The notes beneath the pieces are model-generated. The model did not search any database, had not been told where the DNA came from, and saw only the letters and a list, made by a program, of their open reading frames with translations. DNA of 58,114 nt, counting the filler, from Circinaria calcarea (Eukaryota): assembly GCA_051942165.1 (NCBI GenBank). It is 3 parts of 3 records of this genome, joined end to end, with 100 filler letters (N's around TTAATTAATTAA, not from the genome) between each part and the next. Parts side by side here need not be neighbours in the genome. Positions count along the whole stretch, not along the records: positions 1 to 19,375 come from JAVECS010000211.1; positions 19,476 to 38,756 come from JAVECS010000212.1; 1 more part is not named here. One strand, written 5' to 3'. Position numbers and translations under genes: made by a program. Shown one piece after another: positions 11,260 to 24,510 of this stretch (positions are counted from its first letter, which is position 1; each line of letters starts with the position of its first letter).

Positions 11260-14200
11260 GACGAGTTGCTGTTAATATTAAATGGACAGATTATAAAAGC
11301 CCTGAAACGACGAGGAACGAGGAGAGGAAGTATTTATTTGCCCTGAAATTCAAAATAAGAAGGCTTATTATCGGCGCAAGATTTTCCGATCCGAACCAAA
11401 ATCTTGCACTTCGGCCCTTTTTTCGGCTGAAAAAGTCTATGTGAACTGATCGCGGCAAACAGCTTTTATGACAAGTCCCCACGTCCCTTTCAAGCTGCTC
11501 ACAGTCCACCTCAAAGTAATACATCACCACATTTGACACCCCCACAATCCATGGAAAGCCTGTATCGAACGTCATCACAGAGTCTTTTATACTGGAGAGT
11601 TGATAACGCGAGTATTGTGAATAGGTTATTAGATACTATAAGCATGCGAGATTCAACTAGCTAATCGAACACTGAATTAGGATCACCCGATCACAAATTT
11701 AGATTACTACCGCTTGGAACTTCCTATAACCTCAGCCTGGGTCCCGAGCTATTGGATCGGCCCCGAGCCATTGGACTCACCCATACGAATTCCTTTTTTC
11801 TCGAAACCCCTCCCTTTCAAGCCTTCGATAATAGCTTGGGCATAATTCCTTACTGCACATTGGCACATCCTAATTCTCACGAGATCTTCGGGTGACCATG
11901 GATTCTGAGAACATTTGTATACGGATGTCTAACTGCCGGGCATGGTTACGGATGGAAACACAACATAGAATCCGGGAATTCCCAATACTACATCCGATTC
12001 ACTACATATTAGAGGAGAGAAGAGTTCCATTTCCTACGCGATGGTTGCAAATAGGAAACCCGCCCACTTCCAATTTCCAGAGAGACTATCTCAAGGATTC
12101 GCGATTACCCAGCGGGTACCCCAATAGGACCTCCTGTTCCCGAGGAGCCCCGTTGGAACGCTAGTTTATCCACAACAAAGGCTCTTTATGGGAGCCCTAT
12201 TGAACCGCATGACGCGTTCTGCTGTACCCTAGGTACCTGAAGGTATGTCACCCACCTCCTCAAATCCTAGAAGCTTGATCATGATTCCCCCTATCCCAAC
12301 TCTTTGAGGATAGACAGGGTAGACGTTTTAGAAAACAGGATCGCTTAACGAACCTTAACTTAATGAGGTTCTGATCCTGCGACTAGAAGTATACAGTTAA
12401 GGAATCCCCAAGTTCTCATTGCTTTATGGTTTCTTTGTATTACTTGATTGGGACCTAGTGGACTTTGAAAACGCACTAAAGAGTCATATGATTTTGCATG
12501 AACCTCACCTCTTCATCTCCAGGCCACTCAGGTGTCCTAATCGGCGCATCCTCGCAGTACAATTTACTATGAACTGTGAGATGTATACATCTACTGAGCG
12601 CTCGTCACAAGCACGGTAATTTCATAAATTGCTATGTGTCTACTAGACAAGCGTTTCAGCCTTGCTAGTTATTCGCGATGGTAAAAAGACCGAGACCATA
12701 TTCAGCAATAGTAGCAATAGTGCTCTGACCCATAAATCCTCCCGGTAGGCTAACTAGATCTCCTTTTTGCAGTTCCACCTATAAACCCTACAAGTTCCGA
12801 CCTCTTTCGTCAGTAGATAGTCTCAGAAGCTACTTCCATCCCTATAAAAACTCCCTTATTGATGCTACACTACGAATACGAGAGTCAATGAGTTCCTCGC
12901 TCGGAGAGCGTCCATTTCTAATGCGCTGGTAGCTCTTAGCTCTATATCAACGCCATAGCGAGTTTCGAGAACGTTTCGCCATACACCCTATTCGATCGTG
13001 GGTCGATTACATCACGATGTAATTGAGCGTCGCCCATATGCTGCATCATCTGAGCTCTCCGCACACAATCCTTTGCCCAGGCCCTTTGTCGATGCAGACG
13101 GAGCACCCTAAATGCATCTGTAGCACTCTACGTGCACCAAGCATATGGCCAATGGGCCTATTGACTCCGAAGCTCCTTGGAACCAGCCGAGAACCCATAT
13201 AATGCACTGGGTGGCCATCACAGGCTTCCTCACCGCGGGTCAGCACCATCCAGCCCTAAGACCCTCTGACCACCCGGATCCCTAGTTCTCCGCATTGCCC
13301 TAGCTTCACTGCTGTTTTCTAATCCCCTAGCCAAGACCAGGAAGCTTCAAGAAGCCCCATGAATGAGACTTCCCACATCTATGAATTGTTCCTTAGCATT
13401 CATCGGAGGGTTTTTCAAGGACCAAGTACCTCATTATCTTTTTGTCTTTTCCCTTCTGTGCATACATCAAGTCAACCAGACATAACACGTCCGACCTGGA
13501 TTGGATCAAGTGTCTCTTGAGCTTTTCTCCCATTACCATTTCCCTTGTTGCAACTCTCTTGACTCTCGCTCCATTATGACATACTATGCCAACCAAATAC
13601 CATGCTTCCAACACTTTCAAAGTATCTCCACGTCGGGAACGCCGGGAATACCATAAGCCTTCATCACCCCTTTTGGTATACCTCCATGGGAACCTTCGCA
13701 CGTTCGGTGTCAATAATTTGCTATGGTGAAGGTGACCGCTCCCCGTCGACTGTGGGCAGAGGATTACTTTCCACTGCTTCCGAGATAACTGCCTTGAGTT
13801 GTTAACTAACATCATCAACGACGTGCTCGATACCTTGGCCAGACACAACAGCCTCGGCAGTATCAACTCTCTTACACCCCCCTCAGCATCCCCTCCTTCC
13901 AACTTGACTCATATATACCACCATTTCAACCACGACCGGACAGCCCGTTACGAGCAGGTAAGCTCTCCTCTCCACTTTACTTCCTCCACGCCACCGGTTC
14001 ATGTCACCATGGAGGATGCTGCCGGTGTACCTCGTCAATAGCGTCAATCTTCAAGAGTGCTGACACTGAACCATACTAGGTCGTCTTGACGCAACCTTAA
14101 CAGAACCACCCCCTAACGGCATAGTCTCTTGACAGTGTTCCTCCTCGTCAGCATCACTGTTCAACACCATATACCTCATATATAAATTCACTCGCCAACG

Positions 14201-17200
14201 AAAAACTCAGCAACATATTTACTTAGCAGTATATACACTCAACAACGTACAGAACCAAACAGCATACGCACTCAACGATATACTCTCCTCCAATGGCATA
14301 CCTTTCCAACGATATATAGCTTTGCATGGCATGCGATGTCCATAACACGCGCCATGCTGCCTGCACATATACGGCTATGTTACTGTGCGTAGTCCCCCGA
14401 CGACATACTACCTCCATGGCGTCCTTGATAGTAACTTGCCTCCTCATCCGTACCAATATAGGCAATACAATACATCGCCAACATCTCCCCTCGTTGACCA
14501 TTTGGGCTTTTTAGAGGTGGAGCAACCGTTGCTGAACTCTTTATTGTATAAGAATAGAAGGGTCTTTGCTGAAGCGTTGAAGAGTAAGTATTTCTACCTC
14601 CTTCTTGTAGCCTTTCTTTTCTGCCCTAATGACTATATCTTTCACATACTATCGTCGTTGAAGGCATTGCTTTGTGCATTGTCATGCATGCTAATTGCGT
14701 ACCCTGATGTATGCTCAGTATTCGCTATTACTTTACCAGGGTTAGCTCATGCCACCACTGCTTTCTCCACCAACAACCTTTGATCGAGCGCTCTCCGCAT
14801 CATGTTTGTTGTCTCCATCTAAGGTTGCAAATAGTTTTGACTAACAACATACCTAAACTTAATAGCAGTCGAACTCCTGAGCCGATTGCTGCCAACTACC
14901 TGGACCTCAATCAGAAAATTAATAAAATAATCATTGTCTACAGATATATTGAGTTTCCCACCTCCTCTTTCTTGTGCAATATACACTGGGTATATACTGT
15001 ACCACTTCTAGACAAGACTGCTAATTCGAGGATGCATTAAGTTCTTTTAACGTTCATCTTGATATAGGCTCCAGCTCATTTTCCGTAGCACTCCGAAGGA
15101 GTGTTGCAAATCTATCTCCCCTCCTGTTTGGGCCCTTAGGGTATCATGGTAATGGTATGAGACATGCAAAAGCACCTACTAGCTCTGTTCCCTAGCTCGT
15201 TGGGGCTGCCTCCAAAGGAGAAAACATTATTATTAGGGGGATTCGTACCCGTTTATCCATGGATACTACTCTTCCTTCATATCATATATATTCTCAAATA
15301 CATCACTTCTTATTCATCCCCTTTTTGAAATTAGCCAGCTAGTCCCAAAGCTAGTGCAAGTAGAATCATACCTCGTGCGTCTGAGGGCAGCAGCAACAGA
15401 TGCAAACGGAGCAGCAGCAGATGCAGGGTCAGTTTGAGGGATTTGCTTCTCAATTGAACGAACGCACTTCGTACCGTTCATTGTCTCATATATATGAGCA
15501 TTATTTCCAGCCCGCTCGTCCTAACTATTTATTGTTTGCCCCACTCCAAGCTCTGACAAGTCTCTGGCTGTGTCTGATATTCTTATAGAGTTCAAGTTTC
15601 AAAGGGGTTTCAACATTAGCTGTTTGCCTTGAGCAATCGTCTCGGACTATGCTCGAGGAACGGCAGACCTAGCAAATAAGCAACACGTACCCGCTACACA
15701 TCATAATGGAGACGCTGCAAGTTCAGTGGGCTTACGAGCATTTGTTATAAGGTTGAAGCACGGCTTAACAGACGTTCCTGTGGAAGAAGGTTTTTACCGC
15801 GAAATTGAGGAGGACTTGCAGAGTGGACCATCCGGTACGTAGAACGCGTTGGTTATCTAATGAAGGTTCTCTCGAAACAGATTTCAACAATTTTGCAAAC
15901 TTCGTTATATAAATGAACAATAAGAGCTCGGTTCCGTTATCGCTGAGCAGTTTACATTGGACTCCACAGAGTGGAAACAGTCGATTGCGGAAAACACACG
16001 TTCATGTTTTTGTGATTGCCAATGTGGTAATATATTTTCTCTTCTTCGCCCTTTTCTATAATCTTCATCTCTGTTTTTTCATTCCCCTATGTTCCCATTC
16101 CGGATCCATGTTGGGAAACATCCATCTCGAACGCTACCCTCTGCGATTCGAAGTGACAGATACTGTCTGCAGACAGAGAGGAGAAAGAGTCGATGCCGTT
16201 GAGGATATCGTTGCCGCTGCTGCTTATGGTACAAGCAGCTACGAGAACTGGCACCCTGCCTTTATAATTTTGCCACCCATTCTCCTTCTTCAAACCCATC
16301 TTCCTTGACATACCCTTTATTATATAAAGAATCATCAACTAATACAATGTCATGTACCATGTCGACCACTATCAACCCGGAGCCACACGGTACCAAACGC
16401 GAAGCTGATGAAGAGAGAATCGTTGCAAGCAGCAATCAGTGAGGGATTAGGTTTTTTAGTTCAAGGCAGGATCCCGGCATATTAGGGTATTCACTGCCAG
16501 TGTTAGTACTCTTGAGAGGAGATAACTGGTGCTGAGAAGAAACGTAGGAGAAAGGGTTGCATAGGACAAGAAGTCAATCTTGGCTCTTGAACTCTTTGGC
16601 TTTCATATGCGAATCTTGGACAAGAATATCATAAGATATCTCTGTCTGCGTCCGTTTCTGCGGTTGGTAAAAGGTGGTTGGAGCTCAGGACTCTCCCACG
16701 GGGGCGACAAATTTCCCTACAAGGCTTGGACCATACCTATCTGGTGCGCGGTCTGTACTCGATGAAGCTGGAGCCTGCCCGTTGTGTTCACCTGAGGGTG
16801 CTATCTTTCTGCTCTAATCATGAGCGTTATCTCGAAGAGAGTGGAGTGGGTCGAGGGTGGACAGATGAGTCAATAAGCTTGAGCCTCACAAAGTCGCTGT
16901 GCAATTGTAAGCAGTTGTCTCTCATTGCAATAAATGCAAAACATCTCGACTTCATGACGATTTACCTGTTTTTAATTGGGGCAAAGCTGAAGCAATGCAT
17001 GGCAGCGCAGGCAACGATCGACGTCGTTCAAGCTACTCTTGATTGATTAGTGATTCAAGTTGCAAGACTTACTCCGGTATTATCTGGGTGAGGGAAGTGA
17101 CTGTTTGCCTATCGCGGACGGCTGCGACATGGAACGATTGCCAAAGCCAGGGTTAAGGCCAGGAGTATGAGCGAACGCTTTAGTATCCTTGTGGTGCGTC

Positions 17201-18287
17201 TGGGCTTCCCCGATCTTGCTAATAGGATGAAGTGTGAACGAGGCAAACGATCCTACTCGGTCGGCAGACTATGGGACTAGGCTTTGAAGAAGTAGTAAGT
17301 TATATCCAAGTTGTCAGCATGACTTGCCTAGAGGGGGCCGTGGCTGAAGTCTTCCCGGCCGTTGTGCGACCTGCTTCATCTGGCGTTACAGTCGCATGTG
17401 GAGTATTGGAATCCCGATGAGCCAGATGCTAAGGTCCATCGTACTTACCACTGTACTCTACATAAGCCGCTCTGTGATTTGCGCAGGTGTGATGAGTAGA
17501 GGAGGTTGAGCAGCTGGAGGTAGGAGACATCAAGGCTGCTTCTGGAGTGGGTGCTCGCGTGAATGGGTCCATGGGATAGGTAGAGGACTTCGAGGTAGAA
17601 GATATCAGGCTATACATGGTGATAGTGCAGCTCGAGGATGATAGAGCTGCCGGAGTAAGGAGACATAGGGTCGCTGCTTGGGTATATACAAATGTGATGG
17701 CAAGAACAGGAAGAGCTGGGAGATTGGGCTTTTATCGAGATGACCAGTGGTAAATTCATTGGAGAAGCTGACACGAACTGACGGAGAAGGGTAATAGGAG
17801 ATGAATAAAGAAAATAAAAAGTTAGGGACTGACGGGAGCTTATGCTCGAGGGTCGCCACTGACATCCAAGAGCATTAAAAAGGTCACCGGGGATGCTATA
17901 GGCTATTACACGCACTTCTCCTACTTCTACGCAATCTTGCTTGTTTTAATTCGTGTTACCTTGTGTATTCCGGACTGCTGGCGTATGGCGATAATGGACT
18001 TACGGCGTACGACGATAACGGACTTACGGTGCAAACCCCGAACTATGTTAGCCCTAAAACGCTCTTGGTTTATTGAACCGAGATTTGTGGGCCAAGATCT
18101 CGCGTCGTTATATAAGTCTTAATGGCCACATTCTTTGGTTATGTTAACGGAAGCCGCTATTTAGAAGCCAAACCTTTTTAGTGCTCATCCTTATACAACA
18201 AGGAACACTCATCGCACCGAGGTCGCGATCCTCAAGCAGACGGAGTCTCATTTCAAGCCGAAGGGATAGTGCCATACGACAACCATA

Positions 18288-19375
18288 ATGTCTCCATCAA
18301 CAACTCCCTTGCCGGAGGCCGATAAGCCCTATGCGAGCCGAGAAGTAACACCTTATCTCGAGCCTGAAAAGGGCAAACAGAACGTCGAGTTTAATAATCA
18401 GTCCACTGGGGCACCTTCGACTGTCGAGGCGGAGACAGAGAAGAAGGGAATACTTGCCGAAGACGGTGGTACTGCTACCGATGAAGAAGCTGCGGTTGCG
18501 TTACCAACTGGTGTCAAGCTAGCATTCATCTTGGTTGCGCTCGTACTCAGTGTTTTCCTCTTTTCTCTGGATCAGATGAGTTTACCGCTCGAAGTTCTCG
18601 CGCGGTCATGTCGTGCCAATCACACGGCGACATGCTGATTCCCGATTCAGACCATCGTTGCAACCGCCATTCCAAAGATTACCGACAAATTTCACAGCCT
18701 CGACGATATCTCGTGGTACGGTTCGGCTTTCTTCATGACGCTCGCAGGTTTCCAGTCAATGTGGGGTAAAGCATACAAATATTTCCCCCTCAAAATCAGC
18801 TTCCTGACATCCATTTTCATCTTCGAACTTGGGAGTTTGATCTGCGGTGTCGCCCCGAACTCAACGGCCCTAATTGTTGGACGTGCCATCGCCGGTCTTG
18901 GCGCCGCGGGTGTCACGTCCGGAGCATACACGATTATTTTCTTCATTGCTGAGCCCAAGAAGAGACCCACGTTCACCGGGATTGTCGGCGCCTCATATGG
19001 CCTCGGCGCTGTCATTGGACCACTCATCGGCGGGGTGTTTACGGATAAGGTATCCTGGCGGTGGTAAGTCAAGAATTTTGTGCTTGTTTGTCTTTCTTGC
19101 AAATAAAGACTATTTCCACTCATGAACTTCTGATATGACTCGACCTGGCCTGACCCGACGACTTTAGGTGCTTTTATATCAATCTCCCAATCGGTGGTTT
19201 GGCCGGCTTTATCATCGTCCTCTTATTCCGGGCTCCTCCGGCCGCCAAGCCGGCCGAGGCTACGCTCCAGGAGAAGCTTCTACAAATGGACCCCCCAGGC
19301 ACCGCGCTCATGATGGGTGCCGCCATCTCCTTCATTCTGGCTCTTCAGTACGGTGGTACAACGAAGCCGTGGAAT
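18288..19375 (+). CDS. MFS drug/toxin efflux transporter (DHA2, GliA/AflT-like), 3'-truncated by the assembly gap; exons 18288..18575, 18651..19063, 19168..>19375; first donor non-canonical, so possibly a pseudogene
   Basis: Motifs [40 protein letters not shown]...WGKAYKYF...[27 protein letters not shown]...[26 protein letters not shown]. Intron 2 (19064-19167) is canonical; intron 1 starts ATGAGT. Confidence 0.85.
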
Positions 19376-19475
19376 NNNNNNNNNNNNNNNNNNNNNNNNN
19401 NNNNNNNNNNNNNNNNNNNTTAATTAATTAANNNNNNNNNNNNNNNNNNNNNNNNNNNNNNNNNNNNNNNNNNNN
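19376..19475. other. Artificial contig linker / assembly gap (N44-TTAATTAATTAA-N44)
   Basis: Exactly 100 nt with a six-frame stop palindrome in the middle; identical structure at 38757-38856. Confidence 0.97.
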
Positions 19476-19669
19476 AGGAAGAGGAAGAGGAAGAGGAAGA
19501 GGAAGAGGAAGAGGAAGAGGAAGAGGAAGAGGAAGAGGAAGAGGAAGAGGAAGAGGAAGAGGAAGAGGAAGAGGAAGAGGAAGAGGAAGAGGAAGAGGAA
19601 GAGGAAGAGGACGAGGAAGAGGAAGAGGAAGAGGAAGAGGAAGAGGAAGAGGAAGAGGACGAGGACGAG
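19476..19669 (+). repeat. (GAGGAA)n hexanucleotide microsatellite, ~32 visible units, a few GAGGAC variants, abutting the gap
   Basis: Directly visible; it begins at the contig edge, so its true length is unknown. Confidence 0.97.
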
Positions 19670-20685
19670 GGGAGGGATTGTGGTGCGGTATACGGTGCTG
19701 ACGATTTGAAGGTTCGGGAGATGTGTATGTAAGCTTTTTATTGGCATGGGGGAGAACTTGGGGACTAGGCTTTTTGGTGTCATGCTACGTGAGCTGAGAA
19801 CTGTGGGACATGACTGACCGAAGTTGGGATTGTAGGTCCGCAAAATGTAGAGGCACTGCGGGGGAGGTTTACAAAGTTCTTGTAGATCCCTGGCGGTTCC
19901 CCGCTTGCTCCGATTTGAAATATTGAAAGATTGTATGTAGGTAGTATTTCACTTTTATTTGATTCCTGTCTACTACTCTTGAACGTTTTTCATTAGCAGC
20001 CTGACACTCCTGTTCGGAAGGAAGAGATGATGCTCCCAAATCCTGGATGCCAACTATACAGCCTGGGAAGGGCGAAACTGAAAAAAATCATCTGGAGCTT
20101 CGACGACAATAGCCTCCCCGGTTTTTGGGCATGAGCCATGGCGTAGAGTCTTCGATGACCGGCTGAAAACCCACACCATTCACCATCCAAATCCGTCGAC
20201 CCCGCTGTTCTCCTTACCGCTGGGGGGAAGAGTCCGAGAAATTTACATCTTGGCTGGGTAAGGATGCCGTATGGGAAAGATTTGGCACCTTCAATAAGAC
20301 AGATTGTGGTGCTCGAAGGCGAGGGAGCTAGAGGTAGGTCATGAGTGGCTTTCGATGGCGGTAGAAGCGTGATGCGATTTGACATGTTTGCAGGCGACCG
20401 AGAAGAAGGTGTTTGAGGCCATGGAAGGGGAAGATGTCGAGAAGAACGAAAAGGGCGAGCTGGCATTGTATGGGCAGGCAGTGTGGTACTGGACCATAAC
20501 ATTACCGGGTACGCCATTTAAGAGTGGTGGATAGTTTGTGTCGGAGTAGGTCTCCTATTCGCTTCCACCGAATACAAAGTTCTGTAGATAGATCGGGGCC
20601 ACCCTTAAGTGCTGCTCCCTAGAAACGCCCATCGCTATGCATCACACGATGTGTATGTAGTCCGGGCGCACAACCGTTCTCTGCG

Positions 20686-21099
20686 CTACGAATCGGAAGA
20701 TATGTACATGACTGTATCGAGACATCAGCATAACAGCCATGGCAAATTAAACCCCCCCCCCCGGGGCTCCCACCCAAAGCTCCGCCGATAACATACCATT
20801 ATTCCCCCTCACAAACGCATCCCCGTATCGGCGCCTCAGCTGCCCATTGACATACTCCTCCGTCTTCTCCAGCGCGATATTCATGTATCCGTCCACCGAT
20901 TGCAGCTCGCCTGCCCAAAATGAAACAGCACATTAGTTTAAATGCATCCCAGGTAAGGTATCTACGAAGAGGGGCGGCAAAAAACATACTGACCTTTGTA
21001 GACGACGCCCGAGTTCAACTTGACGGTCACGGGTGCGCCGATGATTTCGCTGAGGAAGCCGGAAGGATCGCGTCCTTCGGAGCCGGCGCCGTTTTCCAT
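20686..21099 (-). CDS. LSM6: U6 snRNA-associated Sm-like protein LSm6; exons 21099..20994, 20910..20797, 20711..20686
   Basis: Spliced product MENGAGSEGRDPSGFLSEIIGAPVTVKLNSGVVYKGELQSVDGYMNIALEKTEEYVNGQLRRRYGDAFVRGNNVMYISSDS* carries Sm1 and Sm2 motifs of LSm6 type; two canonical introns. Confidence 0.9.
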
Positions 21100-21359
21100 T
21101 CGGTGTGTGGAGATGGTGATGGCAGATGGAAGTAAAGTTGGACGTGGTTGTGGAATCGGGAGGGGTTCTGAAAACAGTGCTATAGTAAATATCGAAGTGG
21201 GGTGCTGCGACTCGGTTTTCTTTTCAACTTTCGATACTAGCCAATAATTTTCAAATCTAAGGAATTGGGGCTACTTAGATGGGCGATATTCAATAATACT
21301 AAAATTTTAAAAATGTTCGTTCAAAATTAGAAACAGAGAAAAGAGTCAAAATGTAAAAC

Positions 21360-21447
21360 TGCCTCAAATCTGGATCGAACAGACGACCTTCTCATTGTCG
21401 GAAATCAAGATACGAGTGAGACGCTACTACCACTGAGCTATTGAGGC
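21360..21447 (-). tRNA. tRNA-Thr (anticodon CGT) with a 15-nt intron (21396-21410)
   Basis: The minus strand reads GCCTCAA TAGCTCAGTGGTAGTAGC G TCTCA CT-CGT-A [intron] A TGAGA AGGTC GTCTG TTCGATC CAGAT TTGAGGC A. Acceptor, anticodon and T stems pair; the intron is at the canonical 37/38 position; a T-run follows. Confidence 0.95.
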
Positions 21448-21940
21448 TGAATCATCATTATTTAGTTTTATCTCTTATATATTCTTTCATTACATGTATG
21501 TGTAAATAAATAAGATGATTGCTTACCTACTGTCAATCCTTGCTTGCAGCTAATGTTCTACCTCACGGCATTTCAGTTTCTTTACTGGGGAATTATATTG
21601 AAGCAGATCAAGCAACTTCCAATTAGCCATGCGTATTCGGGTAACTACTTAGTTTGCAGATCTGGGAAAGCTCGACGTTGACAGATCAACAGCGCCTAAG
21701 AAACTCAGAGTATCACATTCCTTCATGTGGAATTGTAGAAGAGTGTTTCTTCGCCGAACGACAGAGATCCGCTAGCATAGACCCATCCAGGTTAGCCACA
21801 GCCCACATACCCGCGTAGACATTTTGATACTTTATTACACCAAACCCATATGTACCAGAGACCCTTTGTACAAATGCACAACCTCAGGCCCGATACGCCG
21901 AGACCCTGTACGCTGAAATCCGCCCAACACCAAAGACCCT

Positions 21941-24198
21941 CTATGCGATATTTCCAGCCATACCCATGAACAGAGCCTGTACAGCCAGTTGAAGAGACCA
22001 CAACCCAACCTTCCTGAACCGCCGGAGTCTCGCTTGTTCATCCACGACGTCTTTTGCAAAAGCAGTATAGGTCTGCATGTGTTAGAACAGTTGGCCAACA
22101 CAAAAGGTTACTGGCAACTCACCTCGGCAGACAGATCGTCCATCAGACCGCTGTCGAAAATCGTCCAGCTTCCGTCGAAATCAGAGACATGCTTAATGAC
22201 ACGACAATTTATAGGAATAAATGTTCTTCTCGAGTTGATGTACGCCACAATTGGCCGGATGAGTGCGTTGTTAACGTAGGAAAGGTCCTTAGTGAATATG
22301 GGTACCGCCGCACGGACATCGTTCAAATGGACTCTCAGATCCATGACCAGGAACTTCCCATCTCCATGGTGGCGCGGTGAAGATATTAGAGTTTCTTGTG
22401 GCATAGGACCATGGCTGTCCTCGTTGTGGATGATGTTAACACTATCGTCTGAACTCATCTGTCGCGAAGAAGTAACTGTAGCTTCCATTCGATCATACAA
22501 ATCAGTTACTACTTTGACAATGCTCTCATCGTCGTCAGCGGGGAACATAATATCCGCTACAATATCCACGTTCCCTTCGTGGATCCAAGAAAAGGGGCCT
22601 TCAACACCCCGGTTTAGGTGGTCTATATTCAGCCCATCAATGCGTAACCGACTCTGCTTCTTCCAAGTGCTGGGTTCTCCGTTGGCTTCAGTACCAAAAA
22701 GAACTTGAGATCCTGTATGTCCGTGCATCTGGCGAGGGTGGATGGTAAATAAAGAATCATCAAAGGACCCGGACATCATGTTCGCGGATAAGAAGTCGTA
22801 AAACAGGTACTGCTTCCGCAGTTTGGGTAAGTCACACGAGAAGATGCTGACAGAAAAGGGCCTGAACCCTTTGGGTTGATAGACCGTTACCAACAGATCT
22901 TCCATCTTGAAAGAATCGATCTCAAAGTCACCTGGATTGTGCTCGTGTCTGTATGTTTTTGGATCGACATGTTGCCCAGACCAATGTACAAAGGTCCTAT
23001 CTATTACTCCCCGAATTCCTTTGATCTCAACATTCTGGAGTAGACCTCTGCTGTTAAACCATTTGGTGAAAGAGAGGGTAACGTTTACAGTTTCAAGGGA
23101 GACATCGAACTGGGTATAGTTGGTGTCTTCTTCGTCGAGGTTCGTTTGATTAACCGGGTTTGCATCTCTTGATCGATCTGCGGCTGCTGCAGCTGCAGCC
23201 GCTGTTTCGGGCGAGCCTTTGCTCACCCTTCCAGTCCCTTGTCCTGGCCGTCTTGAGATAAAGACATTCTTGAAGGTGATCACCCCGTCCCCCCATTTGG
23301 GAACAATGGCAGATTCAAATACTACTTTAATCCCTGATGATTTGGTTAGGTAATTCCCAACCCATCTGGCTAATGTCTCTTGAGCAAAGACTGTATTAAC
23401 AGCGAAGATAGCTAGCGAGAAGAAAGTTGTTGTTCCCACCACTATCCATATAACGTGTCCTAGTAAAACCCATGAAAAGAAAGCCCCGATCTCATCTGCG
23501 TTGAAAGGTCGTGCACTTCGGATAGAAAACCACTTGAATCGAAGCTTTAACCGTGACCAGAATCCCGTGGCAGCTGCAAGTATCTCTTCCTTGGTAGGTC
23601 TATGCATCTGCGGCATATGGGGTAGGCGGTCTATGAGGTGTTTGTTGGTGATCGACGTGGCTGTGGCCTTGACTGATGTTGCAGAGTTCTTCAAGGTCGA
23701 GGTAGAGGACTGTTTCGATGCCTGATTGCTAGAAGGCTGTCTGCCGTTCTGCTTTTCTGAATTCGAACTCAGATTCCGTCTACATCCCGTGCTTCGGCGG
23801 TTGTTGCTGTGTGCAAGACGCCTCGAGCCGTCTTGTATTGGGACCAAGGATTTCCGCCGATCTAGAGTCCATTTTGCAATACTCGAGTATTTCGCGGCCG
23901 TGCTTCTATTGTTTGCCCCTGAGAACCGAGCGGTGTTATTAAAAGAGCGTAATCTTACTCTCGAAAGACCTCTAATTGTGGAAGCTGGAAGATCGCCATG
24001 TTGTGTCGCTGGATGGAAGAGCTTCTGGGAGAATCGAGACGCACTGTGCAGTATACCAACTCCAAGCTGAGCTGTTGTCGGATCGTATGAGTAGTGAGAG
24101 AAGATGGGGCCCCGGCGAGCTCCTCGGTTGAATAAAGGACTGACAGACGGCCATATTCTGGCGCGCAGGTTGCGTCCTACATTGCTATTCATTATCAT
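21941..24198 (-). CDS. MDM31: Mitochondrial distribution and morphology protein Mdm31/Mdm32 family; exons 24198..22123, 22072..21941
   Basis: Presequence-like N-terminus; motifs RPTKEEILAAATGFWSRLKLRFKWFSIRSARPFN, GIKVVFESAIVPKW, LRKQYLFYDFLSAN and LSYVNNALIRPIVAYINS. The last exon TYTAFAKDVV...KVGLWSLQL follows intron 22122-22073. Confidence 0.92.
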
Positions 24199-24510
24199 GT
24201 GGCCATGACCACTGATTTCAATGCAAGAATCATTAGAGGCTGGAGAGGCACGCGATCTCCATCGATATGAGGATATTTGTGAGTGGATGACGGTTATCGA
24301 AAAGTGCTGATCTGCATCTTCACAAGCTTTGTCGGAACCGGAAAAATGTTTTTCGTGTGAGTAAACTCTAAAAGTTCATCCCACAAATCGACCAATCATA
24401 CTACATTTATGTAGATGGTAGGCTGTCAATTAAAAGGTACACATTTTGTGTACACATTCATGAGTCTCTGAAACCTGGTCTATAATCAAGTCTTGCCGGG
24501 CTGCTCCAAT

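Noticed and set aside
19420..19431. TTAATTAATTAA palindrome (also 38801-38812) as a possible piggyBac-type TTAA site or regulatory element
   Set aside because: It is centred in exactly 44+44 Ns twice: a synthetic six-frame-stop linker.
19424..19843. ORF with (LF)n run
   Set aside because: It is the antisense translation of the (GAGGAA)n microsatellite running into Ns.
19993..20517. 174-aa minus-strand ORF downstream of LSM6
   Set aside because: No recognisable domain or splice support; cannot be supported as a gene from sequence alone.
24341..24354. GAAAAATGTTTTTC dyad in the MDM31/PNO1 bidirectional promoter as an RRPE-like element
   Set aside because: Does not match the AAAWTTTT core exactly; a single A/T-rich word is weak evidence.
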